Shown: positions 35,800 to 44,904 of the stretch, piece after piece
Layout of the letters: the number at the start of each line of letters is the position of its first letter
How positions within the stretch are numbered: position 1 is the first letter of the stretch
Assembly (NCBI GenBank): GCA_017881025.1
Contig: JADGRJ010000001.1
Coordinates: 1 to 59,993, forward strand
From: Rhizobacter sp.
Lineage (GTDB): Bacteria; Pseudomonadota; Gammaproteobacteria; Burkholderiales; Burkholderiaceae_C
Reading direction: 5' to 3'
DNA: 59,993 nucleotides
Notes under the pieces: generated by a model
Told to the model about the DNA's origin: nothing
Databases searched by the model: none
Seen by the model: only the letters and a program-made list of their open reading frames with translations
Program-made: the position numbers and the translations under genes

Positions 35800-35952
35800 G
35801 CCGGTCTCCTGCGGGTTGTCTTGAAGCGGCTCGCCGCGACGGTGCCGCTGCTGCTGAGGGGTGCTTGAACGATTGTTGGAGGGGCGGGAGGCATCGCAAG
35901 GATGGGTTTCCCCTAATGCGCCGCCACGCCGGCGCAGCCGCGTCGGCCGCCG

Positions 35953-37206
35953 CTAGCCGGCGCAGCTGCGAAAGCCGAAGAAGCCGGCGTCGCGCTCGGG
36001 CCGCTCGAAGCCGCGCAGACGTGCGCTGTGCAGGCTGGGGCGGGTCGCGAACGAGGCGCCGCGCAGCACCTTGTGCGAGCCGAACGCGGGCTCCGAATAG
36101 TCGCGCCAAGGGCCGGCGACGAAGCCCGGGTACGGCCGAAACGTGCTCGCCGTCCACTCGTGGACGTCGCCCCAGCGAAAGCCCCGCGTCGCCCCCTGGT
36201 GCGCCGCAGCTTCCCACTCGACTTCGCCCGGCAGGCGGCGTCCGGCCCAGCGGCACCACCCGTCGGCCTCGTACCAGCTCACGTGAACGGCCGGATGCGA
36301 CGCGGCGACGCGCGCGAGCACGCCGAAGCGCCGCTGGAGGACGCCGTGACGCATCTGGTCGACGTGGCGCGGCGTGCGCCGACCTTCGCGCTGGAGCCAC
36401 TCCCAGCCCGCGTCGCTCCAGTGCGCGCGCTCGTCGTAGCCGCCGTCCTCGACGAATTCGCCGTACTGCGCCCAGGTCACCGCCTGCGCGTCGATCTCGA
36501 ACTCCGGCACGTCGACCGGATGCGGCTCGGCTTCGTTGTCGAAGCGAAAGCCACCGCTGCTCGTTCCGAGCAGCCAGCGCGTCGCCGGGAAGAGAAGCGG
36601 CGGCCGCGCCGGGCGCGTCGTGATCCGCGCAGCCAGGCCGGTATCGATGCCGAGCGACTGCGCGAGCACCGCGAACGCCTCGGCGTGCATCTCCTCGTGG
36701 AAGAGCGCGAGGCGATGGAAGTAGAGCGACGCATCGTCCTCGACGCCGATCCCGGCGAGCAGCTCGAGCGTCGTCTCGAGCGTGTCGACGAGGTACGCGC
36801 GCGTCGCCTGAAGGTCGGGCAGCTCGCCGCCGACGAGCGCGCGCCGGCGCGCCCGGTCGACCATCGCCGGGTCGTACCAGGCATCGGCCTCGGGAACAAC
36901 CGACGCCAGGCGCGGGTGCGTCGGGTCGGCGCGCTCGCCGCGCGCGCGCTGCACGTTGCGGGCGATCCAGTACTCCTGGAACCAGCCGATGTGGCCGAGC
37001 GTCCAGAGCGCCGGGTCGAGCTCGCCGGCGAGCGCGGGCGCGAGGTCGCCCGGCAGGACGAGCCCCTGGCCGTCGGCGGCCGCTTCGAGCGCGCTCGCCC
37101 AGCGCAGGGTGTGGTTGCGCGCATCGATCAAGGCGAGCGAGAGCAGCTCCTTGCCGGCCGAGCGCAGGCTCGCGCTGTCGAGGCCGGAGGCGTCGAACTC
37201 GATCAC
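35953..37206 (-). CDS. EgtB/SenA-like non-heme iron enzyme (DinB_2 + FGE-sulfatase domains)
   Basis: LGHIGWFQE and FHEEMH three-His site, FDNE, RRLPGEVEWE, GDVHEWT, VLRGASF, GFRSC. Confidence 0.85.
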   Translation of the reverse strand: MIEFDASGLDSASLRSAGKELLSLALIDARNHTLRWASALEAAADGQGLVLPGDLAPALAGELDPALWTLGHIGWFQEYWIARNVQRARGERADPTHPRLASVVPEADAWYDPAMVDRARRRALVGGELPDLQATRAYLVDTLETTLELLAGIGVEDDASLYFHRLALFHEEMHAEAFAVLAQSLGIDTGLAARITTRPARPPLLFPATRWLLGTSSGGFRFDNEAEPHPVDVPEFEIDAQAVTWAQYGEFVEDGGYDERAHWSDAGWEWLQREGRRTPRHVDQMRHGVLQRRFGVLARVAASHPAVHVSWYEADGWCRWAGRRLPGEVEWEAAAHQGATRGFRWGDVHEWTASTFRPYPGFVAGPWRDYSEPAFGSHKVLRGASFATRPSLHSARLRGFERPERDAGFFGFRSCAG

Positions 37207-37757
37207 GGCGGCGGCGCCGACGCGGTCGGGCCGGCGCGGCAGTTGAGAGGCAGGAAGCGGACCGGCACGTCGGTCTTGTCGAGGCCGCGCGCCGTCATCT
37301 TGTTGGGCGGCTCGGCATGGCCGCAGACCCAGGAGACCGGGACGATCCTGGCGTCCTCGACGACGCCGGGACGCAGGCTCAGCACCTTGCCCTGGATCGC
37401 GACGTTGGCGCGGTTGCCGAAGGTCACCTGGATCGCACCCGACTCAACCGCGACCGAGCTGATGTACTCGTTGACGATCTTGTCGGCGACCGGCAGGCCG
37501 GCGGCGGCGTTGTTGACCGGGAGCTTCCCCGTCGCCGCCCACGCCGCTGCGATCGGCGGCTTGACGATGTCGGCGAGCTTGACCGATTCGACGATGCGAT
37601 CGCGGATCAGCTTGTCGGGGACGCCGGGCAGCGCGATCAGGGCGAGGACGACGATGATCGCGATCACGACCATCAGCTCGATCAGCGAAAAGCCGCGTCC
37701 CGCCGTGCGGCACGCCGATGGGCGGTATCGTGGGCGGCGTAACGACGGAAGGCGCAT
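37203..37757 (-). CDS. Type IVa pilin
   Basis: GFSLIELMVVIAIIVVLALIALP, P.NNAAAGLP, GAIQVTF, SWVCG...FLPLNCR D-region. Confidence 0.88.
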   Translation of the reverse strand: MRLPSLRRPRYRPSACRTAGRGFSLIELMVVIAIIVVLALIALPGVPDKLIRDRIVESVKLADIVKPPIAAAWAATGKLPVNNAAAGLPVADKIVNEYISSVAVESGAIQVTFGNRANVAIQGKVLSLRPGVVEDARIVPVSWVCGHAEPPNKMTARGLDKTDVPVRFLPLNCRAGPTASAPPP

Positions 37758-38004
37758 GCAGCAGGAGCTCGACGCTCTCGAAACGCTCGGAGTGACCTTG
37801 CCGAGCCCGGCCTACATTCTCGGCGCCATTGTCTTCGGCGTGCTCGGCCTGGCCGCGTACATCCACGGTCGTCGCGCCGGCCGGCCGCGCACGCGCTGGC
37901 TCGGCCTGGCGCTCATGCTCTATCCGTACCTGGTCTGGAACACGGCGCTGCTCTACATCGTCGGCCTCGGCCTCTGCGTCGCCGTCTGGCTCGATCTGCG
38001 CTGA
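37756..38004 (+). CDS. Small (82 aa) three-TM membrane protein
   Basis: LPSPAYILGAIVFGVLGLAAY...GLALMLYPY hydrophobic segments; host-like codon use. Confidence 0.65.
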   Translation: MQQELDALETLGVTLPSPAYILGAIVFGVLGLAAYIHGRRAGRPRTRWLGLALMLYPYLVWNTALLYIVGLGLCVAVWLDLR

Positions 38005-38172
38005 GCCCGCCCGGGCGTCACCGCCCCCGGCGACCGCACGTCGCCCACGGGAACTTGGGCGGCGCCGGTGCGCGGTGCCGTCCTACGCCCGCGCCGCGGG
38101 ACCTCGACGTAAGGTGCGGACTCGACGTGCTGCGCCGACTCGACGGCGTCGCCCGCCCCATCGGAGACATCC

Positions 38173-38628
38173 ATGAAACTAAATCTTGCATCTCTTGCCG
38201 GCCTGATCGTGGTCGGCGTCGCAGCCGGCTACGCGGCGGCGCCGGCGCATGCCGCCGACGCGGCCGCCTCGGCCGCCAAGTCCACCTACCTCAAGGAGCG
38301 AGCCGACTGCGAGGCCGGCCGCACTGCCCAAGACCGCGCGACCTGTCTCAAGGAGGCCGGCGCGGCGGAGGACGAGCGCAAGCGCAACCGCCTCGACAAC
38401 ACCGGCTCGCTGCGCCAGAACGCGATCGAGCGCTGCAACGCGGTGGCGCCGAAGGACAAGGCAGACTGCCTCGCGCGCATCGAGGGGCCGAGCCAGCCGA
38501 ACCAGACGACGAAGACCTCGGGCAGCGTCGCCGGCGGTGGCGTGATCCGCGAAACGACGACTACCACGACCGGCCAGCCGACCATCGTCATCATCCCCGG
38601 CGCCCCCGCCGCCAGCGCGCCGCGCTGA
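38173..38628 (+). CDS. Exported helical protein with four Cys, function unknown
   Basis: GGAGA RBS, signal peptide ending AHA, YLKERADC...DRATCLKEAGAA. Confidence 0.8.
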   Translation: MKLNLASLAGLIVVGVAAGYAAAPAHAADAAASAAKSTYLKERADCEAGRTAQDRATCLKEAGAAEDERKRNRLDNTGSLRQNAIERCNAVAPKDKADCLARIEGPSQPNQTTKTSGSVAGGGVIRETTTTTTGQPTIVIIPGAPAASAPR

Positions 38629-38712
38629 TACCCGCGCACCCCCGCGGGCTGCCGTCGGGCGGGGCGCGCGACTGCAGCCGCCGCTGCTATCCTCGCGTCC
38701 CCCCGTCGCGCC

Positions 38713-39177
38713 GTGGCTGCCCTTCACATCACCGACATCGAGTCGGCCATCAACTGGTGGCGCGAGCGCTCTCCCTCGCCTGACGGCATCACCGCCTGCG
38801 CCGAGGTCCTCGCCCTCGCCGAGGTCTACGCGCTGATGGTGTACTACCACGAGAGCGAGTGCGACGAGGCGTCGATGCCCGCCGCCGCGCGCGCCACCTG
38901 GCTGGCGTGGTACGCGACGACGCCCGACGCGCCCTGCATCGCGATCTGCTCGACGAGCCAGGGCGACGCGGTCTGCAAGGGCTGCGGCCGGACCTTCCTC
39001 GAAGTGCAGCGCTGGACCGAGATGTCGCCGTTCGAGAAGCGCGCGACCTGGCGGCGGATAACGCACGAAGGCACGGCCTGGCGCTTCAACCGCTACGCCG
39101 AACGCGCGCAAGAGGGGGCCCCGCCCGCGCCGGAAACCGCCGCCGCCGAAGACATTTCCGTCCGCGCCGCGGCATGA
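38713..39177 (+). CDS. DUF3717-DUF1289-like fusion protein
   Basis: HITDIESAINWWR N-domain; PCIAIC...CKGCGRT..EV..W C-domain. Confidence 0.75.
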   Translation: MAALHITDIESAINWWRERSPSPDGITACAEVLALAEVYALMVYYHESECDEASMPAAARATWLAWYATTPDAPCIAICSTSQGDAVCKGCGRTFLEVQRWTEMSPFEKRATWRRITHEGTAWRFNRYAERAQEGAPPAPETAAAEDISVRAAA

Positions 39178-40625
39178 CGCGGCTCGGCCTGCGCCACGGC
39201 GCGCGCCGGATCGCGCCGCTCGCTTGGCCGGTGTTCGTCGGCCAGGTCGCGGTGATCGCGTTCAGCACCGTCGACACGGTGATGGTCGCGCGGACGTCGG
39301 CGACCGATCTCGCCGCGCTCGCCGTCGGCGCGTCGGTCTACATCTCGATCTTCGTTGGCTTCATGGGCACCGTGCTGGCGGTCGGGCCGATCGCCGGCCA
39401 GCTCTACGGCGCCGGCAAGCTGCGCGAAAGCGGCCACGAGGCGCAGCAGGCGATGTGGCTGGGCCTGGCCCTGGCCGTGCCGGGTTGCCTGCTCCTGCTC
39501 GCACCCGACCCCTTCCTCGCCCTCGCCCGCGCCGAGCCGGCGGTCGCCGCCAAGGTGCGCGACTACCTCGGCGGGCTCGCCATCGCGCTGCCTCCGGCGC
39601 TCGTCTTCACCGCCTTTCGCGGCTTCAACATCGCCGTGTCCCGGCCGAAGGCGGTGATGGCGATGCAGCTCGGCGGGCTCGCCCTCAAGGTGCCGGTCAA
39701 CGCCGTGCTCGTCTTCGGCATCGCCTGGCCGACGCCGTTCGGCGAGCTGAACGTGCCGGCGCTCGGCGTCGCCGGCTGCGGCCTGGCGACGGCGATCGTC
39801 ATGTGGTGCCAGCTCGCGGCGGCGGTGCTCCTCCTGCGCCGCGATCGCTTCTATCGCCGCTTCGGCCTCGGCAGCGGCTCGGCGATCGCGCGACCGAGCG
39901 CGACGAGCCTGGCGGCGCTGCTCCGTCTCGGCGTGCCGATGGGGCTGGCGGTGCTGGTCGAGGTGACCGGCTTTACGTTCATGGCGTTCTTCGTCTCGCG
40001 CATCGGCGCGACCGCGGTCGCCGGCCACCAGATCGCCGCCAACATGGTCTCGATGATGTTCATGCTGCCGCTGGCGATCGCCAACGCGTCGAGCACCCTG
40101 GTCGCGCAGCAGGTCGGCGCCGGCGACGTGGCCGATGCGCGCCGGATCGGCTGGGTCGGCCTCGAGATCGGCGTCGTCGTCGCCGCCGTGCTCGGCAGCG
40201 CCGTGTACTTCCTGCGCGAGGAGGTGGTCGGCCTCTACACCGCCAACCCGGTGATCGTCGCCGCGACGCTGCCGCTGCTCGCCTGGGTCGCGCTCTTCCA
40301 CATCGCCGATGCGGCGCAGACGATCGCCGCCTTCGTCCTGCGCGCGTATCGCATCGCCACCGTCCCCTTGATCATCTACGTGGTCGCGCTCTGGGGCGTC
40401 GGCCTCGGCGGCGGCTACCTGGCGGCGTTCGATCCAGCCGGCATCAGCCCGGCCTGGATGCACAGCGCACGCGGCTTCTGGTCGATGTCGACGCTCGGCC
40501 TCACCATCGCCGGCGCCAGCCTGACCGCGTTCCTGGCTTGGCGGCTGCGCCGCGACGCGAAAGCGGCCCCAGCGGGGCCGGCCCCTCCCTCACGGAGGGA
40601 GGGGTTGGGGCGGGAGCAATCCTGA
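39174..40625 (+). CDS. MATE family efflux transporter
   Basis: DTVMVAR, LGVAGCGLAT, LGVPMG, VAGHQIA; ~12 TM; ATGA overlap with the upstream gene. Confidence 0.93.
   Translation: MTRLGLRHGARRIAPLAWPVFVGQVAVIAFSTVDTVMVARTSATDLAALAVGASVYISIFVGFMGTVLAVGPIAGQLYGAGKLRESGHEAQQAMWLGLALAVPGCLLLLAPDPFLALARAEPAVAAKVRDYLGGLAIALPPALVFTAFRGFNIAVSRPKAVMAMQLGGLALKVPVNAVLVFGIAWPTPFGELNVPALGVAGCGLATAIVMWCQLAAAVLLLRRDRFYRRFGLGSGSAIARPSATSLAALLRLGVPMGLAVLVEVTGFTFMAFFVSRIGATAVAGHQIAANMVSMMFMLPLAIANASSTLVAQQVGAGDVADARRIGWVGLEIGVVVAAVLGSAVYFLREEVVGLYTANPVIVAATLPLLAWVALFHIADAAQTIAAFVLRAYRIATVPLIIYVVALWGVGLGGGYLAAFDPAGISPAWMHSARGFWSMSTLGLTIAGASLTAFLAWRLRRDAKAAPAGPAPPSRREGLGREQS
40563..40624. repeat. Double-hairpin REP-like element, copy B, inside the 3' end of the MATE CDS
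   Basis: Inverted copy of 29278-29345. Confidence 0.8.
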
Positions 40626-40628
40626 CAG

Positions 40629-40652
40629 CGGTTCCAGCTTCAGCTGGAACCG
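40629..40652. terminator. Hairpin between convergent MATE and kinase genes
   Basis: CGGTTCCAGCT-TC-AGCTGGAACCG perfect inverted repeat; weak U tracts. Confidence 0.45.
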
Positions 40653-40670
40653 TGATTGAAGAACCCGCCG

Positions 40671-42032
40671 CTAAGCGGCCGGTACTTCAATCACGAACCT
40701 GCTGCCGCCGCCTTGACGCGCTTCGCAGCGGACGCTGCCGCCATGGCGAACGGCGATCTGCTTGACGAGCGCCAGACCCAGGCCGATGCCTCCGGCATGC
40801 TCGGCGTGCCCGGGCACGCGAAAGAACGGTTCGAAGATGCGCTCGCGCATCGCAACGGGGACCCCCGGGCCGCGGTCGCAGACCTCGAGCCAGACGAATT
40901 CGTTGCCGCGCACTTTCACGCGGCCGAGGCCGATCTCGACCTCGCCGCCGCCATAGCGCTGCGCGTTCTCGAGCAGGTTGCGGATGGCGCGGCGCAGGAG
41001 CCGCTCGTCGCCCTTCACGAAGACGCTGCCCACGCCCTCGACGTGAGCGCCGACGCGTGCCGCCTCCTCGGCGGCGACGGCGAGCAGGTCGACCTGGTCG
41101 TCGTGCAGCGGGATCTCGGTGGCGTCGAGCCGGCTCGCCAGGAGCACTTCCTCGACCAGGCCATCGAGCTCGGCGACGTTCTTGTCGATCTCGGCCTTGA
41201 GCGTGGCGCGCTGCGCCGGCGTCGCCTCGGCGAGCATCGACACCGCCATCTTCATCCGCGCCAGCGGCGAGCGCAGCTCGTGGCTGGCGTTGGCGAGCAG
41301 CGACCGGTGCGACTGGACGAGCGCCTCGACGCGCGCGGCGGCGACGTTGAAGCTCGCCGCCACCGCCGCGACCTCGTCGGCGCCCGAGATCGCGACGCGG
41401 TGGTCGAGCGCGCCGGCGCCGAACTGCTCGACGCCCTGCTTGAGCGCCTCGAGGCGCCGCGTCAGGCGCCGCACGACCGGGTAGGCGCCCGCGGCGACGG
41501 CGAGAAACAGGACGACGAGGATGATCGCGAGCCCGGCACCGCGCGGCAAGCCGGGGAAGAGCAGCGGCCACGGCGGCGACGCGCGCCCGGCGCGCTCTTC
41601 GCCGCCCGGGCCGCGGACCTCGGCGCCGGCGCCGGCGCGTCGCCCGCCCTGGCGCATCCCGGGACGCATCGTCAAGAGCGTGCGGCCGTCGTCGAGCTTG
41701 AACGAGAACGGCCGGGTTCCGTCGAGGGTGCGACGCTCGAACGATTCGGAAGCGCCGATGCGCTGGCCCTGCGCGTCGTCGAGCGCGAGCGGAACGCGCA
41801 GGCGCTGCGACCAGTCGCGCAGGGCGGCGAGTTGCGCGTCGGCCGACGTGTCGGCGCCGGGCAGCGAATTCCCGAGCAGCTCGGCCCAGGCGCCGAGGCG
41901 GTCGCTCACGACCTGCTCGTTGCGGACCCGTTCTTCGGCGAGGTGGCGCTCGACGATCCAGCCGGAGAGAAGGGCGAACAGCAGCAGCACCACCACGACG
42001 GTGGCGTAGATCCGCAGGTAGAGGCTCTTCAT
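40671..42032 (-). CDS. Sensor histidine kinase (HAMP, HisKA, HATPase), CpxA-like
   Basis: ASHELRSPLAR, NLLENA, DRGPG, GIGLGL. Confidence 0.95.
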   Translation of the reverse strand: MKSLYLRIYATVVVVLLLFALLSGWIVERHLAEERVRNEQVVSDRLGAWAELLGNSLPGADTSADAQLAALRDWSQRLRVPLALDDAQGQRIGASESFERRTLDGTRPFSFKLDDGRTLLTMRPGMRQGGRRAGAGAEVRGPGGEERAGRASPPWPLLFPGLPRGAGLAIILVVLFLAVAAGAYPVVRRLTRRLEALKQGVEQFGAGALDHRVAISGADEVAAVAASFNVAAARVEALVQSHRSLLANASHELRSPLARMKMAVSMLAEATPAQRATLKAEIDKNVAELDGLVEEVLLASRLDATEIPLHDDQVDLLAVAAEEAARVGAHVEGVGSVFVKGDERLLRRAIRNLLENAQRYGGGEVEIGLGRVKVRGNEFVWLEVCDRGPGVPVAMRERIFEPFFRVPGHAEHAGGIGLGLALVKQIAVRHGGSVRCEARQGGGSRFVIEVPAA

Positions 42033-42060
42033 CGCCGACCGGCGCGCAGCGCGGCCGGCG

Positions 42061-42777
42061 TCATGCCGCAGCGTCGTCGGCGTCCTGCTTCCTCGCGAAC
42101 ACGTAGCCGGCGCCGCGCACGGTGAGGACGCGGCGCGGCGCCTTCGGATCGTCCTCGATGACGGCGCGGATGCGCGAGATGTGGACGTCGATCGAGCGGT
42201 CGAAGGCCTCCAGCGGATGGCCCTTCAGCGCGTCCATGATCTGGTCGCGCGAGAGGACGCGGCCCGGGCTTTGCGCGAGGACGACGAGGAGGTCGAACTG
42301 GTGGCCGGTCAGGTCGCAGGTCTTGCCATCGAGGCGGGCGACGCGCGCGCCGAGGTCGACCTCGAGCCGGCCGAAGCGCAGCACGTCGTCGCCCGTCGCT
42401 TGCGGCGAGGCGCGGCGCAACAGCGCCTTGACGCGGGCGAGCAGCTCGCGCGGCTCGAACGGCTTGGGCAGGTAATCGTCGGCGCCGAGCTCGAGGCCGA
42501 CGATTCGGTCCATCGGCTCGCCGCGCGCAGTGAGCATGAGCAGCGGCAGCTGGCGCGTCTTGCTCGTGCTGCGCAGCTCGCGGCAGAGGTCGAGACCGTC
42601 GCCGTCGGGAAGCATCAGGTCGAGCACCAGCGCGTCGTAGCTGTTGGCGGCGAGCAGGTCGCGGCCGCCCGCGAGCGACCCGGCGGTCTCGACCTCGAAG
42701 CCGGCGCGGCCGAGGTAGTCGCCGACCATCGAGGCGAGGCGGCTGTCGTCGTCGACGAGAAGAAGGCGTGGCGTCAT
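42061..42777 (-). CDS. OmpR/CpxR family response regulator
   Basis: LVDDD, LDLMLP, GADDYLPKPF, DRSIDVHISRIR, TVRGAGY. Confidence 0.95.
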   Translation of the reverse strand: MTPRLLLVDDDSRLASMVGDYLGRAGFEVETAGSLAGGRDLLAANSYDALVLDLMLPDGDGLDLCRELRSTSKTRQLPLLMLTARGEPMDRIVGLELGADDYLPKPFEPRELLARVKALLRRASPQATGDDVLRFGRLEVDLGARVARLDGKTCDLTGHQFDLLVVLAQSPGRVLSRDQIMDALKGHPLEAFDRSIDVHISRIRAVIEDDPKAPRRVLTVRGAGYVFARKQDADDAAA

Positions 42778-42841
42778 CGGGGTTCCTGTCACCGTGCGGT
42801 CGCCGGCAGGATCGCCCGCCGACGGTGACGTGGCGGCGCGA

Positions 42842-43498
42842 TTATCGGCGCGGCGGCATCGCCTGGCGCATCGACTCCATGCGCTTCATGCGATCTTCCC
42901 GGCGCGCCTGGCGGTCGCGGATGCGCTCGCCGAGGCGCACGCGCTGCTCGGGCGTCAGGACCCGGGCGACGTCGAGCATCGCCTGCGTCATGCGCCGGCT
43001 CATCTGGTCGTGCTGCTGCAGCATCTGCTGGCGCACCTGCTCGGCGGCGGCGGCGTCGATGGTCGGCGCGGTGAACGCCTGCATCGCGCGCTGGCGCAGG
43101 CCGCGACCGGCCTCGGCCTGCGCCTTCAGGTCGGCGGCCGCCGCGGCGGCGATCTGCTTGATCTGGCCGCGCTGCGCGTCGCTTGCGTTGAGGCCGTCGA
43201 GCATGTGATCGATCATCCGGCCCATGCGCTCGGGCGAGCCGCCGAACATCATGCCGCCGCCCATCTCGCGATGCATGCCGCCCATGCCGTGGTGCATGTC
43301 GTCCATGCCCCGGCCGTGCTCGCCGCGACCCGGGAACGACATGCCGGCGCCTCGGTCGCCCATGCCCGGAGGCGGCGCCGGCTGGGCCCACGCCGAGGCG
43401 CCCAGCGCGGCGAGCAGCGTCAGCAGCATGCCGATCATCACCACCTGGACGCGACGCGCGGCCGACGCCGATGCCACGATTGCCACTGCCTTGCTCAT
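42842..43498 (-). CDS. Spy/CpxP family periplasmic chaperone
   Basis: Signal peptide, Met/Gly/His-rich segment, LNASDAQ and LTPEQR motifs. Confidence 0.88.
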   Translation of the reverse strand: MSKAVAIVASASAARRVQVVMIGMLLTLLAALGASAWAQPAPPPGMGDRGAGMSFPGRGEHGRGMDDMHHGMGGMHREMGGGMMFGGSPERMGRMIDHMLDGLNASDAQRGQIKQIAAAAAADLKAQAEAGRGLRQRAMQAFTAPTIDAAAAEQVRQQMLQQHDQMSRRMTQAMLDVARVLTPEQRVRLGERIRDRQARREDRMKRMESMRQAMPPRR

Positions 43499-43573
43499 CA
43501 CTTGCTCCTTCGCCCGATCGTCGGGAATTGCAATGATGGTGACGATGCGTCGTGAGTCCAGCTTGGCCGCGGG

Positions 43574-43588
43574 GTAAAGATCTGTGAA
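43574..43588. promoter_or_regulatory. CpxR-type binding site upstream of the spy/cpxP-like gene
   Basis: GTAAA-GATCT-GTGAA versus consensus GTAAA-N5-GTAAA. Confidence 0.6.
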
Positions 43589-43717
43589 TACGCCTGATAC
43601 GAGCAATGAACTGTGCGATTCCCGTCGCGGGACCCCCGTCCAATGCAAACTCGGCGGGCTGCGCCAGCCGGTGCGTGATGGCGGCAGCGGTGTCCGGTAT
43701 CGCCTCGAGGAGCCTCC

Positions 43718-44809
43718 GTGCTGATCGTCTTGCTTGGGTTGATTGCGTTCGGCGTGGCGGTGCCCTGGGCCATCGCGGCCTTGTTCCTGAAAGGCGAAGA
43801 CCTGTCGGCCTTCGACCGTCCGGCCGGCGAGCGCCCCTCCGCCGGGCCCGAACCGAGCGCCGAACTGAAGGCCGTCGTCGCGTCGCTGTCCGGCATCCGC
43901 GACGCGCTGCGAGGCGTTCCGCTCAGAGGACGCATCGCGGCACTGCGCCGGTACATCGACGAGCTGTTCGGCAATCGCGCGTTCGACGCCACCTTCCTGC
44001 CGGTCGATTGCGCGGGCGTGCCCGCGGAGTGGGTGCTCTCGCCCGGCGCCGACGGCGCCCGGCGCACGCTCTACATCCACGGCGGCGGATTCGTCATCGG
44101 CAGCCCGCGCAGCCATCGCACGCTGACGACGCGGTTCTCCGCCATGACCGGCGGTGCCGTGCTCGCGATCGACTATCGCCTGATGCCCGAGCATCGCCGC
44201 ATGGCCGGTGTCGAGGATTGCCGGACGGCCTACCGCTGGATGCTCGACAACGGCCCCGATGGTCCGCAAGCCGCGCAGGCGGTGTTCGTCGCCGGCGAAT
44301 CCGCCGGCGGCAACCTGGCGCTGGCGCTGATCGCCTGGGTCCGCGATCAGGGGCTGCGGGCACCCGACGCCGCGGTCGCGCTGTCGCCCGCGACCGACGG
44401 CACGCTCGCGAGCCCGAGCCTGCGCGCCAACCGGCGCAGCGATGCGATGCTCGGCCCCCTGTACGGCCCTCTCGCGAGGCTGCCGCAGTGGGTGCTGCTG
44501 TGGATGGCGTGGATCGCCAACCGGATCAATCCGAGAAACCCGGTGATCTCGCCCGTGTACGGCGACCTGTCCAACCTCCCGCCCGTGCTGGTGCATGCGA
44601 GCGAGGCGGAAATGCTGCTCGACGACGGTCGCCGCTACGTCAACCGCGCCCGGGCGGCCGGCTCGCCGGCGACACTGCAGACGTGGGGCCACGTGGTGCA
44701 TGCCTGGCAAATCTTCAACCCCGAGCTGCCCGAGGCGGTCGCCGCGCTGGAAGAGATCGGCAAGTTCCTCGCCGCCGCCGCCCCTCCGGCCGGCGCTGTG
44801 CCTCGCTGA
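43718..44809 (+). CDS. HSL-family esterase/lipase with N-terminal membrane anchor
   Basis: HGGG, DYRL, GESAGG, HVVHAW. Confidence 0.9.
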   Translation: MLIVLLGLIAFGVAVPWAIAALFLKGEDLSAFDRPAGERPSAGPEPSAELKAVVASLSGIRDALRGVPLRGRIAALRRYIDELFGNRAFDATFLPVDCAGVPAEWVLSPGADGARRTLYIHGGGFVIGSPRSHRTLTTRFSAMTGGAVLAIDYRLMPEHRRMAGVEDCRTAYRWMLDNGPDGPQAAQAVFVAGESAGGNLALALIAWVRDQGLRAPDAAVALSPATDGTLASPSLRANRRSDAMLGPLYGPLARLPQWVLLWMAWIANRINPRNPVISPVYGDLSNLPPVLVHASEAEMLLDDGRRYVNRARAAGSPATLQTWGHVVHAWQIFNPELPEAVAALEEIGKFLAAAAPPAGAVPR

Positions 44810-44827
44810 AGCGCGACCGAACGAACC

Positions 44828-44869
44828 CTGTCGCGGATCAAATGCGCCTTGTCGTGCGTCCCCCATGAT
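44828..44869 (+). promoter_or_regulatory. FNR/CRP-family-like box plus -10 for WS/DGAT 1
   Basis: CTGTC-GCGG-ATCAA (44828-44841); CATGAT begins 29.5 bp from the box centre. Confidence 0.5.
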
Positions 44870-44904
44870 CGATACCGGACTTTGCCCCGCCACCGGATGA
44901 AAGC

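Noticed and set aside
35953-37206. Selenoneine cluster or selenocysteine read-through
   Set aside because: No senB/selD neighbours, and no in-frame TGA interrupting a recognisable gene was noticed
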